Shown here one piece after another: positions 1-9,774 of a stretch of 64,000 nt of DNA. Source of the DNA: Bacillota bacterium (GTDB lineage: Bacteria > Patescibacteriota > Minisyncoccia > Phycocordibacterales > Phycocordibacteraceae); assembly GCA_050260455.1 (NCBI GenBank), contig JBLNCF010000004.1, positions 15,917 to 79,916 of the forward strand, in the 5' to 3' direction. The notes beneath the pieces are model-generated. The model was not told where the DNA came from. It did no database searches and was given only the letters and a program-made list of their open reading frames with translations. How positions within the stretch are numbered: position 1 is the first letter of the stretch; each line of letters opens with the position of its first letter. A program made the translations under genes and the position numbers.

Positions 1-249
1 CTTCACGGTGCGAATTGGCTTATTGCCTATGGGATCAAGGTGAATCCGAATCCCGGACGAAAACGACGGTACTGGACCGATACATTTGTCACGTTTGCTG
101 TTCCGTCGGTGCTGTTCGCCCTTTTCAGTATGGCTGGCTTTTCCATCTTTCAATTCATCTTTTCACCTATGTACTGGGACGGATGGGCTATCGCACACTT
201 CGTCCTCTCGTCCCGCTTTGCAAGTGGGCCCCAAGCCCCATTGGGGTAG
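1..249 (+). CDS. Hypothetical membrane protein, 3' part (frame open from the window edge)
   Basis: Frame 1 is open from base 1 (LHGANWLIAYGIKVNPNPG...) to TAG at 247-249 and contains hydrophobic segments. Confidence 0.5.
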   Translation, partial: LHGANWLIAYGIKVNPNPGRKRRYWTDTFVTFAVPSVLFALFSMAGFSIFQFIFSPMYWDGWAIAHFVLSSRFASGPQAPLG

Positions 250-288
250 GGGAACCTACCAAAACGTGCGTGCTACACTCGGAATTAT

Positions 289-1302
289 ATGAAGACCACA
301 CGCGTAGCTATTAATGGATTCGGTCGTATTGGCCGAGCATTTGTACGTCAGTCGTACGATCGTCCCGAAATCGAGATCGTTGCCGTGAATGATCTCGGTT
401 CACTCGAAAATCTGGCCTATTTGCTCAAATACGACACAGTGTACGGTCGTGCGCCGTTCCCGGTCGACATTGATGGCGGCGATCTTCTCATCAACGGCAA
501 GGCGGTCCGATTCCTTTCCGAGAAGGATCCCGCTCTGCTTCCGTGGAAGGAACTCGCGGTGGATGTCGTCGTTGAATCAACTGGCTTCTTTACTGATTAC
601 GAGAAAGCAAACGCGCATGTGACTGCCGGTGCGCGCCGTGTCGTCATTTCCGCTCCCGTTAAGAATGACAATCCGCTCGGCGCCACGATTCTCATGGGTC
701 TCGACGAGTCAAAAATGGGTACGTGTGCGGTGACGAGCAACGCCTCCTGCACTACCAATTCCGCAAGCCCGGTCATTTCCATTCTCGATAGCGCCATTGG
801 TATTGAGAAGGCCATTCTTTCAACGACGCACGCATACACGGCAAGCCAATCCATCGTCGACGGCCCCTCGAAGAAAGACATGAAGGAGGGCAGAGCAGCT
901 GCACAAAACATAGTTCCCACCTCAACGGGTGCGGCAATTGCTGTGACGAAAGCGTATCCCTCACTTGCTGGCAAATTCGATGGCATCTCATTGCGTGTTC
1001 CAGTACCGGCAGGCTCTATCGCTGACATCACCTTTATCGCAAAGCGACCGACGACGGTCGAAGAAGTGAATGGTGTACTTGAAGAGGCGGCGGGAAGCGA
1101 TCAGTGGAAAGGCATCTTCTCGACTACGCGTGAAGAGTTGGTCTCGAGCGATATTGTTGGAGAGCGTTTTGCTTCTATTGCAGACCTTGGTATGACTCGT
1201 GTCGTCGATGGCAATCTCGTAAAAGTACTTGCTTGGTACGACAACGAAGCCGGATACACCCACACGCTCGTTGAGCACGTTATCAAAGCAGGGAAGGCGT
1301 AG
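289..1302 (+). CDS. gap: Type I glyceraldehyde-3-phosphate dehydrogenase
   Basis: INGFGRIGR Rossmann motif, SNASCTTN catalytic Cys, WYDNE. Confidence 0.97.
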   Translation: MKTTRVAINGFGRIGRAFVRQSYDRPEIEIVAVNDLGSLENLAYLLKYDTVYGRAPFPVDIDGGDLLINGKAVRFLSEKDPALLPWKELAVDVVVESTGFFTDYEKANAHVTAGARRVVISAPVKNDNPLGATILMGLDESKMGTCAVTSNASCTTNSASPVISILDSAIGIEKAILSTTHAYTASQSIVDGPSKKDMKEGRAAAQNIVPTSTGAAIAVTKAYPSLAGKFDGISLRVPVPAGSIADITFIAKRPTTVEEVNGVLEEAAGSDQWKGIFSTTREELVSSDIVGERFASIADLGMTRVVDGNLVKVLAWYDNEAGYTHTLVEHVIKAGKA

Positions 1303-1341
1303 TTCATCTTCTCTACAGACCAGCTCGCTGATACTGCCTTT

Positions 1342-1824
1342 ATGAAGATCTATCTCGCAGGCGATCATGCAGGTTTTCGATTGAAGGCTGCAATGAACGA
1401 GCATCTGCCCATGCTCGGACATGATGTCGAGGACCTGGGGCCGCACACGCTCGATCCTGAAGACGACTATCCCGATTATGTGAAGCCGCTCGCGGAGCGG
1501 ATCGTCGCCGAACCCGGTGCCTTCGGCATTATCCTTGCCGGCAGCGGGGAGGGAGAGGCGATGTGCGCCAACCGTGTGCCAGGTATCCGTGCTGCCGTTT
1601 TCTACGGCAAGATGGCGGCCGTTGATGCACTCGATGCGGAAGGGGGTCATTCGCAGGACGGATTCGACACGGTGCGTCTCTCGCGTAAGCACAATAATGC
1701 GAACATTCTCTCCATTGGGGCGCGATTCGTATCGCCGGAAGACGCAGATGAGGCCGTACGTATCTTTCTCTCAACTCCGTTTGACGAATCATCGCGTCAC
1801 GCACGACGGTTGGGGAAGTTCTGA
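1342..1824 (+). CDS. rpiB: Ribose-5-phosphate isomerase B (RpiB/LacAB family)
   Basis: GDHAG, DDYPD, GSGEGEAMCANR, HNNAN motifs. Confidence 0.93.
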   Translation: MKIYLAGDHAGFRLKAAMNEHLPMLGHDVEDLGPHTLDPEDDYPDYVKPLAERIVAEPGAFGIILAGSGEGEAMCANRVPGIRAAVFYGKMAAVDALDAEGGHSQDGFDTVRLSRKHNNANILSIGARFVSPEDADEAVRIFLSTPFDESSRHARRLGKF

Positions 1825-1861
1825 TATCCCCTCGCGTACGTAAAGGTCACCCCCATATACC

Positions 1862-1876
1862 TATAATAGGTATATG
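1862..1876 (+). promoter_or_regulatory. -10 box (TATAAT) 6 nt before the ATG; probable leaderless start of rpe
   Basis: TATAAT-aggtat-ATG, with no SD. Confidence 0.65.
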
Positions 1877-2587
1877 GCCACTATCATCCCGGCGATACTC
1901 CCGACATCGAGACTTGATCTTGATGAGAAGCTCGCGCGGCTGGTAGGAATCGCTTCAGAAGTACAGATAGATATCGTGGACGGTACATTCGCGTCTCCTG
2001 CCTCGTGGCCGTATTCACAGGGCGGGGGAGAGTTTGCTGCAAGCGGTGCGACACTCTCATTCCTTGAGCAATTCCATATTGAGATGGATCTCATGGTGGA
2101 GAACCCTGAAGAGGTGACCGGTAGCTGGATTGCAGCAGGTGCAAACCGGATCCTTGCCCATGTTGAAAGTACGACCTACTTACCCCAACTCATCACGGAT
2201 CTGCGTGTGAAGTACGGGCACGAGAAAGGGTTTGCATCCGGTCTTCTTTCTTTCGGACTCGCGCTCAATGTAGATACAGACATTGTCACACTCGAGCCTT
2301 ACTTAGGTGACGTGGACTATGTTCAATTCATGGGCATTGCATCCATTGGTAAACAGGCCCAGCCGTTCGATGCTCGGGTGCTGGAGAAGATACGTGCGTT
2401 TCGTAAAATTCATCCCGACACACCTATTCAGGTGGATGGCGGGGTGAATCTCGAATCAGCACCACTTCTCCTTGCTGCCGGAGTATCGCGACTCATCGTG
2501 GGTTCTGCTCTCTGGAAATCTACCGATATTAAAGACACGTACCACCGTTTATGCGCGCTCACCGAAGAGCACGGCCTCTACGAATAA
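1874..2587 (+). CDS. rpe: Ribulose-phosphate 3-epimerase
   Basis: QIDIVDGTF, EMDLMV, IQVDGGVN, GSAL motifs; pentose-phosphate gene context. Confidence 0.9.
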   Translation: MATIIPAILPTSRLDLDEKLARLVGIASEVQIDIVDGTFASPASWPYSQGGGEFAASGATLSFLEQFHIEMDLMVENPEEVTGSWIAAGANRILAHVESTTYLPQLITDLRVKYGHEKGFASGLLSFGLALNVDTDIVTLEPYLGDVDYVQFMGIASIGKQAQPFDARVLEKIRAFRKIHPDTPIQVDGGVNLESAPLLLAAGVSRLIVGSALWKSTDIKDTYHRLCALTEEHGLYE

Positions 2588-2608
2588 TGTGCATGCTATC
2601 CTTTTTTC

Positions 2609-3466
2609 ATGACGCTTACTGATAGCGAAGTACACGCGATAGAGAAGAAGGCGGAAGCGATACGAGAAACTATCATTGAGATGCTTGTCGCGGCAGGAAG
2701 TGGACACACGGCAGGTCCGCTCGGCATGGCCGATATCTTTGCGGCGATGTATTCCCACGTGCTTACCCATGACCCCAAGAATCCGGACTGGGAAGAACGC
2801 GACCGGTTTATCTTGTCTAATGGTCACATCGCTCCGGTGCGATACGCCGCAATGGCGCATGCCGGATATTTCCCAGTAAAGGAGACCCTCACACTTCGTA
2901 AGTTCGGTACGCGGCTCCAAGGTCATCCGGAGCGCACGCGGCTGCCCGGACTCGAAACCACATCAGGTCCTCTTGGAGAAGGGCTCCCGCAGGCAGGCGG
3001 CATAGCCTATGCATTTCGCATGGATGGTAAGAAACAACGTGTCTATGTCGTGATGGGTGATGGTGAGCAGGATGAAGGCATCATTTGGGAAGCGGTCATG
3101 TGGATCGGCAAGAATAAGCTTTCAAATCTCACCGCGATCATCGATCGCAATAACATCCAAATCGATGGTATGACCGAGGAGGTGATGCCGCTCGAGTCAC
3201 TTAGGGCAAAGTACGAATCCTTCGGCTGGCATGTGCTTGAAATCGACGGGAACAACATGCGGCAGTTCATCGAAGCAGTGGATGAAGCAAAGGCTATCTA
3301 CGAAAAGCCGACCGTTATTATCGCTCATACGATTCCCGGCAAGGGTGTGCCTGATATTGAGTTTGATTATCACTGGCACGGCAAACCACCCACGAAGGAA
3401 GAGGGAAAGAAGTTCATTAAGGAAATCCGTACCATGGGCGGTCGCGTCCCCCACGAATATTCATGA
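2609..3466 (+). CDS. Transketolase, N-terminal (TPP-binding) subunit
   Basis: GSGH, DRFILSNGH, LQGHP, and the GDGE...DRN TPP-binding motif. Confidence 0.95.
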   Translation: MTLTDSEVHAIEKKAEAIRETIIEMLVAAGSGHTAGPLGMADIFAAMYSHVLTHDPKNPDWEERDRFILSNGHIAPVRYAAMAHAGYFPVKETLTLRKFGTRLQGHPERTRLPGLETTSGPLGEGLPQAGGIAYAFRMDGKKQRVYVVMGDGEQDEGIIWEAVMWIGKNKLSNLTAIIDRNNIQIDGMTEEVMPLESLRAKYESFGWHVLEIDGNNMRQFIEAVDEAKAIYEKPTVIIAHTIPGKGVPDIEFDYHWHGKPPTKEEGKKFIKEIRTMGGRVPHEYS

Positions 3467-4443
3467 TCAATCCTGCCGCAAAACTGAAGGAGAATTTGTT
3501 TGATAAGAACGTCGAGAAGAAGCCGACGCGTGACGGTTTCGGTCTCGGCACCGTGGAAGCAGGGAAGGCGAACGACAACGTGGTGGTGCTCTGTGCCGAT
3601 CTGGCTGAATCCACACGGGCTGAATGGTTCCAAAAAGAATTCCCAGACCGTTTTATCGAAATGGGTGTAGCCGAGCAAAACATGGCCGCAACCGCGGCGG
3701 GATTTGCAGCTGCAGGCAAGGTTCCGTTCATTGCATCGTACGCCGCATTCTCACCTGGCCGTAACTATGAGCAGATCCGCACAACCATCGCACTTAACGA
3801 GATGCCGGTAAAGATTGGCGGCATGCATGCGGGTGTGTCGGTGGGGCCTGACGGCGCAACGCACCAGATGCTTGAGGACATCGGTCTCATGCGTATGCTC
3901 CCCAACATGGTGGTGGTGAATCCGTGCGACAGCGAGGAAGCGCGCAAGGTGGTGGTCGCTGCGGCACAAACGAAGGATCCGACGTATATCCGTTTCGGAC
4001 GTGCAGGTACACCGGTATTCACGACCGCTGATACGCCATTTGAACTGGGGAAGGCACAGACGCTTTGGGAAAGTGAGAAGCCGACGGTGGCCATTATTGC
4101 GACCGGTTCGCTTGTGTATAACGCGCTCGTTGCTGCGCGTGCGCTTGAATCCGATGGTATTGGCGCCATCGTCATCAATCTGCATACGATAAAACCACTC
4201 GATGAGCAGGCTATTCTCGCCGCCGCAAAACGCACCGGCCGGGTCATTACGGTTGAGGAGCATCAGGCGGCAGGGGGTATGGGAAGTGCCGTGACCGAAT
4301 TCCTTTCGGAGCAGTATCCCGTTCCCGTGAAGCGCATGGGCGTACAGGATGTGTTCGGTCAGTCCGGCGAGCCGGATGAGCTCATCGAGCACTATGGTCT
4401 CTCGGCACCGCACATCGTCGAGACTGCTCGTTCGTTTGTATGA
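3463..4443 (+). CDS. Transketolase, C-terminal subunit
   Basis: MGVAEQNM, GPDGATHQ, TVEEH; ATGA overlap with the N-terminal subunit gene. Confidence 0.95.
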   Translation: MINPAAKLKENLFDKNVEKKPTRDGFGLGTVEAGKANDNVVVLCADLAESTRAEWFQKEFPDRFIEMGVAEQNMAATAAGFAAAGKVPFIASYAAFSPGRNYEQIRTTIALNEMPVKIGGMHAGVSVGPDGATHQMLEDIGLMRMLPNMVVVNPCDSEEARKVVVAAAQTKDPTYIRFGRAGTPVFTTADTPFELGKAQTLWESEKPTVAIIATGSLVYNALVAARALESDGIGAIVINLHTIKPLDEQAILAAAKRTGRVITVEEHQAAGGMGSAVTEFLSEQYPVPVKRMGVQDVFGQSGEPDELIEHYGLSAPHIVETARSFV

Positions 4444-4607
4444 GAAGGAATCTGCGCGTCCGCAATCTGGCTGTTAACACCTATTTCGGAGCACTGGTCA
4501 TAACGATAGTAGGCAGTATCGCTGCCATCTACATCGTGCATATTGGTCTCGATGCGGCGTTTCCTTCGTTTAACACGCACGCCTACGAGATCGAATCCAA
4601 CTTATAG
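4440..4607 (+). CDS. Small single-pass membrane protein, 55 aa (absent from the ORF track)
   Basis: ATGA overlap with the transketolase stop; MRRNLRVRNLAVNTYFGALVITIVGSIAAIYIVHIGLDAAFPSFNTHAYEIESNL has a basic N-terminus and one TM helix. Confidence 0.6.
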   Translation: MRRNLRVRNLAVNTYFGALVITIVGSIAAIYIVHIGLDAAFPSFNTHAYEIESNL

Positions 4608-5578
4608 CTTTCGGGAGCGTTTGCGAGGTGGCGTTCTAGCTCCTCGCGGGTCAGGAGACCTTTCTGTGCCCCAATTTCCTGTACGACTGCCATCGAATTA
4701 ATGGGAGCCCACAAGAGAGCTTCTTCAAGAGGCTTACCAAGCGCAAGAGCTGCGGTAAGGGTGGATGCGAATGCGTCACCTGCACCTGTGCGTTCGTATG
4801 CTTCGCGATCGTCTGGATACATGGGCACGTGCCACGCATGCGTCCCGTCGGAAGCGTATGCTCCGTTAGTGTTGTCAGTGATCACCACGAGCTTGGGTCC
4901 GAGCGCATGGATCCAGTCCATGAGTTCCTTGATATCGGTACCTTCCGGCTTCTCGAGAATGCGTTCAGCCTCCTGACGATTGACCACAAATAGTTCGCTG
5001 CGCTGATACAACCCCTTGAGGGCGTCGATGCCGAGCTTCATCTGGAATGTACCGGGTTGGAATGCGAGCTTGGTCTCCGGGTGCGCCTCAAGCCACGAAA
5101 CCCAGGCTTGGTGGTACGGAAGGGAGTTGGCTGCTAGTGAAGAAAGATAGATCCATTTAGGGGGTTCGGGAATCTCTGGCACCGCGTAGGTATATTCCTC
5201 GTGCTTCACGAGAATAGTGCGGTCATTATTAAACCAGAGTACGTAGTGGTAGTTAGATGATTTGCCGCGCTCCGTCACTACGAACTCGGTTGAGACACCT
5301 TCCTTTGTCAGCACTTCAAGATCGCCCCGACCGATATCGTCATCTCCGATATACGCGCAAAGTGCTGAAGAGAGGCCGAGTCGTGCGGCCGCGACAGCAG
5401 CGTTGCTTGCGTTACCGACGGCGCGGCAGAGTGTTGCCGATTCGTAGGGAATTTTATCGCCGTATCGTATGGCGAGCTTCGGGTTCTCGCTTACTGGATC
5501 GATAATCTCGGCCTCTTTCAATTTTATGAACGGTTCGGTGACAATGTCGCCGACGGCGAAGAAATCTATCTGTGACAT
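4583..5578 (-). CDS. PfkB/ribokinase-family carbohydrate kinase
   Basis: GNASNAAVAAARLG and the ERTGAGDAF anion-hole motif. Confidence 0.92.
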   Translation of the reverse strand: MSQIDFFAVGDIVTEPFIKLKEAEIIDPVSENPKLAIRYGDKIPYESATLCRAVGNASNAAVAAARLGLSSALCAYIGDDDIGRGDLEVLTKEGVSTEFVVTERGKSSNYHYVLWFNNDRTILVKHEEYTYAVPEIPEPPKWIYLSSLAANSLPYHQAWVSWLEAHPETKLAFQPGTFQMKLGIDALKGLYQRSELFVVNRQEAERILEKPEGTDIKELMDWIHALGPKLVVITDNTNGAYASDGTHAWHVPMYPDDREAYERTGAGDAFASTLTAALALGKPLEEALLWAPINSMAVVQEIGAQKGLLTREELERHLANAPESYKLDSIS

Positions 5579-5617
5579 ATGGGAAGTCTAGCACGCAGTG
5601 CATGCTAGGATTGCTGC

Positions 5618-6613
5618 ATGACTGATCTCACATCCATTGCAAAAACACTCGTCGCACCAGGCAAGGGCATTCTTGCTGCTGACGAAAGTGTGCACACCGC
5701 TGATAAACGCCTCGTCGATCACGGTATCGAAGCAAGCGAAGAAATGCGTCGTCAATTCCATGATGTGTTTCTCACTGCGCCGGGCATTGAGGAATACCTT
5801 TCAGGTGTCATTCTCTTTTCCGAATCACTTACGCAGAAGGGAAGCGATGGAGCGCTATTTCCCGCGTCGCTCGCCGAGCGCGGCATCCTCCCAGGCATCA
5901 AAGTGGATGAAGGGACGGAACCGATGCCCGAGAGCTCGGACGAACTCATCACCAAGGGAGTGCTTGGTCTGTGCGACCGGTTGTCTGCCTTCAAGCAGGA
6001 ATCAGGTACCGAGTTCACAAAATGGCGCGCAGTAGTACGTATTGAAGGTGACCGACTCCCATCAGCGCAGGCGCTTGTCGAGAATGCTCGCCGCATCGCT
6101 ATCTATGCGCGCGATGTCCAGGAAGTCGGCATGGTGCCCATTGTCGAACCCGAAGTGCTCTACCAGGGTACCCACAGTCGTGTGCGTGCACGTCAGGTGC
6201 TTGAGGCAACCATGAAGACCGTGTTCGATGCACTCACTGATCAGGCAGTTGATCTATCCGGTGTCATCCTCAAGACCGCGATGACACTCTCGGGTTCCGA
6301 AAGCGGACGCATAGATACCCCAGAGGAAGTGGCGCTTGATACCGTGGAGGCCCTCATGAATACGGTACCGTCCGGGCTTCCAGGCATCGTGTTCCTCTCG
6401 GGAGGCCAGACACCTGATCAGGCGACCGCGAACCTTGCTGCCATCACCAAGGTAGCGCGCGAGAAGAATGCTCCGTGGCCCCTCACCTTCTCGTTCGCTC
6501 GCGCGCTTCAGGAGGAGGCCATACAGGTATGGGCAGGGAAGGAAGAGAATGTGCCTGCTGCCCGCGAAGCCTTCCTGGGGCGTCTCGCGAAGGTCAAGGC
6601 GGCCCTTGATTAG
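5618..6613 (+). CDS. Fructose-bisphosphate aldolase, class I
   Basis: GKGILAADES, GIKVD, KWRAV, PIVEPEV, FLSGGQ, TFSFARALQ. Confidence 0.95.
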   Translation: MTDLTSIAKTLVAPGKGILAADESVHTADKRLVDHGIEASEEMRRQFHDVFLTAPGIEEYLSGVILFSESLTQKGSDGALFPASLAERGILPGIKVDEGTEPMPESSDELITKGVLGLCDRLSAFKQESGTEFTKWRAVVRIEGDRLPSAQALVENARRIAIYARDVQEVGMVPIVEPEVLYQGTHSRVRARQVLEATMKTVFDALTDQAVDLSGVILKTAMTLSGSESGRIDTPEEVALDTVEALMNTVPSGLPGIVFLSGGQTPDQATANLAAITKVAREKNAPWPLTFSFARALQEEAIQVWAGKEENVPAAREAFLGRLAKVKAALD

Positions 6614-6671
6614 CCAAATCTTGCGTAAACGGCCTATTTCCGGCATACTCGCCAGGTACTGATACCTATAT

Positions 6672-7307
6672 ATGAATCTCAACGCCACTATCCGTGAGGT
6701 GACCGGCAAGATGGCCGGCAAACTTCTTTCCCGCGAGGACCGCATCCCTGCGGTCGTCTACGGTCCTAAGCAGGAGACCCTCTCTATTTCGCTGTCCCTT
6801 CCTGAATTTAAGAAGGTGCTTCGTGATGCAGGTGAATCTTCCGTCATTGATCTCAAAGGTCTTGATAAGCCGCTTCAGGTCCTCATCCATGATGTCGACT
6901 ACAACCCGGTGACGAGTATCCCGCGTCACGTCGACCTCTATGCCATCGAAAAGGGCGCCAAGGTTGAGGTTGCCGTACCGCTCTCCTTCGTAGGTGAGGC
7001 TCCGGCCGTAAAGGCAGGTGCCAATGTGGTTAAGGTCATGCACGAGCTCGAGATCGAGGCTGACGCAGCAAGCCTTCCCCATGAACTCGAAGTGGATCTT
7101 TCCGTTCTCGAGAAGGAGGGAGATCAGATTCATGTCAGCGACATCAAAATACCTGCCGGCGTAACCGTGAAGGTCGATGCCGAGGAGGTTGTCGCACTCG
7201 CCCAGGCGGTTGTTGAGGAAGTCGAGGAAGAGGGCGCAGCCCCGGACATGGCTTCCATTGAAGTGGAGCAGAAGGGCAAGACCGAAGAAGAAGAGGGCGC
7301 AGAATAA
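6672..7307 (+). CDS. rplY: 50S ribosomal protein bL25/Ctc
   Basis: IPAVVYG, HVDLY, VPLSFVGEAPAVK; acidic tail. Confidence 0.95.
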   Translation: MNLNATIREVTGKMAGKLLSREDRIPAVVYGPKQETLSISLSLPEFKKVLRDAGESSVIDLKGLDKPLQVLIHDVDYNPVTSIPRHVDLYAIEKGAKVEVAVPLSFVGEAPAVKAGANVVKVMHELEIEADAASLPHELEVDLSVLEKEGDQIHVSDIKIPAGVTVKVDAEEVVALAQAVVEEVEEEGAAPDMASIEVEQKGKTEEEEGAE

Positions 7308-7326
7308 CGAACCATTCTTTCTTCAT

Positions 7327-7365
7327 GAAGAAGACCCGGGTCCGCAAGGATCCGGGTCTTCGTTC
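7327..7365 (+). terminator. Intrinsic terminator-like hairpin after rplY
   Basis: GAAGACCCGGGTCC-gcaa-GGATCCGGGTCTTC. Confidence 0.7.
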
Positions 7366-7388
7366 GTCTGATATACTGTCACTCACGT

Positions 7389-8765
7389 ATGCGTTCTCGG
7401 TTCTCGATCGCTGTCCTCTTCGTAGGGGTGCTCATCTTCGGTCTCGGCGCTGCCGCGATCATTCCGCACGCCATCTACGCACAGACCACCGCCGATAGGC
7501 GGGCAGAGCTGCAAGCACAGCTTGATGCGCTCGAGAAGGACATTGCTGCCAATCAGGCCATCGTCAATAAACTCGATGCACAGGGTAAGTCGCTCTCGAC
7601 AGAAGTGCAGACGCTAAACGCGCAGATCAAAAAGGCACAGCTCCAGGTGCAGGCGACGCAGGTTGCTATTAAACAGCTGGACAGCAATATCACGGTCCAT
7701 CAGAAGACGATCAATACACTCTCCGATAAATTGAGCAATGAGAAGGAATCGCTCGCGCAAATACTCCGCAAGACGGATGAGATTGATCACTACTCGCTCG
7801 CCGAGCTTGCGTTCTCGCGTGAGGATTTCAGCACACTCCTCGGTGATCTCGATTCGTATGCGCTTCTGAAACAGTCGCTCGGTGATTCCTACACGCAGAT
7901 CACCGGCATCAAGCTGCAGACCGAAGCGGAGAAGAGTCAGCTTGAGACGCAGTTGACCCAGCAGCAGCAGGTCGCACAGCTTCAGCTTGCTGCCAAGCAA
8001 AAGGTACAGACGCAGCAGCAGCAGAAACAGCAGCTCCTCACTGCAACTAAGGGTCAAGAAGCGAAGTATCAGCAGATTGTTGCAGCCAAGCAGAAAACGG
8101 CGGCGCAGATCCGCGCGGAACTCTTCGCTTTGGCGGGCGGGAGCGGTCCGATTCCTCTACCGACTGCAATCGCGTATGCGCAAACCGCATCCAAATTAAC
8201 AGGCGTGCGGCCCGCATTCATCCTCGCCATCCTGAAACAGGAATCGAACTTGGGTGCGAACGTCGGCCAATGCTACGTGACGGACCTGTCGACCGGTAAC
8301 GGCAAAGGGAAGAATACGGGTACTCCATTTGCAGGCGTTATGGCTGTGTTGCCTCGACGTGACGATACGGGTGCCTTCAAACGTATTACAGATGCACTCG
8401 GTCGCGACTGGTCCACCACTCCGGTGTCGTGCCCCATCGCGAGCGTCGGCGGCTACGGCGGCGCCATGGGTCCTACGCAGTTTATTCCTACGACATGGGA
8501 GGGTTCCGTCGCTCCCCAGGTTAAGCGCCTGCTCGGAGTCGCGGCAGCAGATCCCTGGAATAATCTTCATGCGATCGTGGCGACTGGCGTTTATCTGCAG
8601 GCACTTGGAGGAGCAGGAGGTTCCTACGCCGCGGAGCATACGGCAGCAGCCAAGTACTACGCGGGCGGCGGTTGGGCGGGGGGCGCGGGCCAGGCCTACG
8701 CCAACAGCGTGATGGATTACGCGGCTGAATTCCAGAACGACATCAATACGCTCGCCGGCAGTTAG
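7389..8765 (+). CDS. Secreted coiled-coil protein with a C-terminal lytic murein transglycosylase (SLT-like) domain
   Basis: Signal peptide, long Q/K/L coiled coil, ILKQES catalytic Glu, GAMGPTQFIPTTW, DPWN. Confidence 0.85.
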   Translation: MRSRFSIAVLFVGVLIFGLGAAAIIPHAIYAQTTADRRAELQAQLDALEKDIAANQAIVNKLDAQGKSLSTEVQTLNAQIKKAQLQVQATQVAIKQLDSNITVHQKTINTLSDKLSNEKESLAQILRKTDEIDHYSLAELAFSREDFSTLLGDLDSYALLKQSLGDSYTQITGIKLQTEAEKSQLETQLTQQQQVAQLQLAAKQKVQTQQQQKQQLLTATKGQEAKYQQIVAAKQKTAAQIRAELFALAGGSGPIPLPTAIAYAQTASKLTGVRPAFILAILKQESNLGANVGQCYVTDLSTGNGKGKNTGTPFAGVMAVLPRRDDTGAFKRITDALGRDWSTTPVSCPIASVGGYGGAMGPTQFIPTTWEGSVAPQVKRLLGVAAADPWNNLHAIVATGVYLQALGGAGGSYAAEHTAAAKYYAGGGWAGGAGQAYANSVMDYAAEFQNDINTLAGS

Positions 8766-8818
8766 CACTCTCCACAGCAGGAGCTACATCTCTCCAGGGC
8801 GGTAGTATCATTACCCTA

Positions 8819-9772
8819 ATGGAGAATCCGTCGAATCCGGACACCCCGGTCTTTTCTCCTCGCCTTAAGCAGGCCCTCTACGCGGCCGCAGTGCTTGCGG
8901 TCCTTATTCTCATTGCGTTATTTGCTGCATGGGTCGCACGTAAGGGTACGACTCTTCCATCCCTCGCACTTTCTGCGGGACCTGCTGGGCCGAGTCTTCT
9001 CTATGTCGCGGACTTTGATACTCACGCGCTTTCCGAGTCACCAATCACTATCAAGGATGCAGAAGGTGCTACGTTGTATGTGCTTTCCGCAGTTCGCGGG
9101 AATGGCGTAACGTATTACGCAGCGATCGCCGAGACACGCACGTTCGCCTCGAACATTTACGCAGTTGCCGATGACGGCATGGTGACGCAGCTCACCCATA
9201 CTCCTTCCGCTAAATATGAACTCTCATACAGCAATGGTGCTCTTGCGTATCGCGTGAACGATGCCAAGACGGATGCAGACCTCTTTGACCCCACAAAGTG
9301 GGAAATTGCAGAGCTCGATCTTGCGACGAACAAGGAACATCGTCTCGGAGAGGGGGAACGACCGGTCGTAACGCCTGCCGGTACGATTATTGCTGCACGA
9401 GGCGCTTCGGTAGTTTCCATCGATCCCGTGACGGGAGTGGCGACTCCACTCATGACGATCCCGAGCAACGGTTTGTTTACTGCCGATGGGGCATCACGAC
9501 TTGCCGTCCTATACGATCCCACTACGCGCACAGTTGCAGAATTCACCGTCACGGATCATGGCACATTGAGTTTCCTGCGCTCTCTCCCTGACATCGACGC
9601 TCCGATGCATATCGCGGTTGTGTCCGGAAAAGTACTCGCTATCTATCCGCAGCCGAAGCGAACCTATGTGGTGAGTGAGATCGGTCCGATCGCACACACC
9701 TCTGGGCGGATAGTATTTTCTGATGGATGGAACGCTGCAATCGTGCCGCAAGATCTCATGACACTGCCATAA
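8819..9772 (+). CDS. N-terminally anchored extracytoplasmic protein, possible TolB-like beta-propeller
   Basis: One TM helix near the N-terminus, then beta-rich repeats (NIYAV..DGMVTQLT, LAYRV, PVVTPAG). Confidence 0.65.
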   Translation: MENPSNPDTPVFSPRLKQALYAAAVLAVLILIALFAAWVARKGTTLPSLALSAGPAGPSLLYVADFDTHALSESPITIKDAEGATLYVLSAVRGNGVTYYAAIAETRTFASNIYAVADDGMVTQLTHTPSAKYELSYSNGALAYRVNDAKTDADLFDPTKWEIAELDLATNKEHRLGEGERPVVTPAGTIIAARGASVVSIDPVTGVATPLMTIPSNGLFTADGASRLAVLYDPTTRTVAEFTVTDHGTLSFLRSLPDIDAPMHIAVVSGKVLAIYPQPKRTYVVSEIGPIAHTSGRIVFSDGWNAAIVPQDLMTLP

Positions 9773-9774
9773 GT

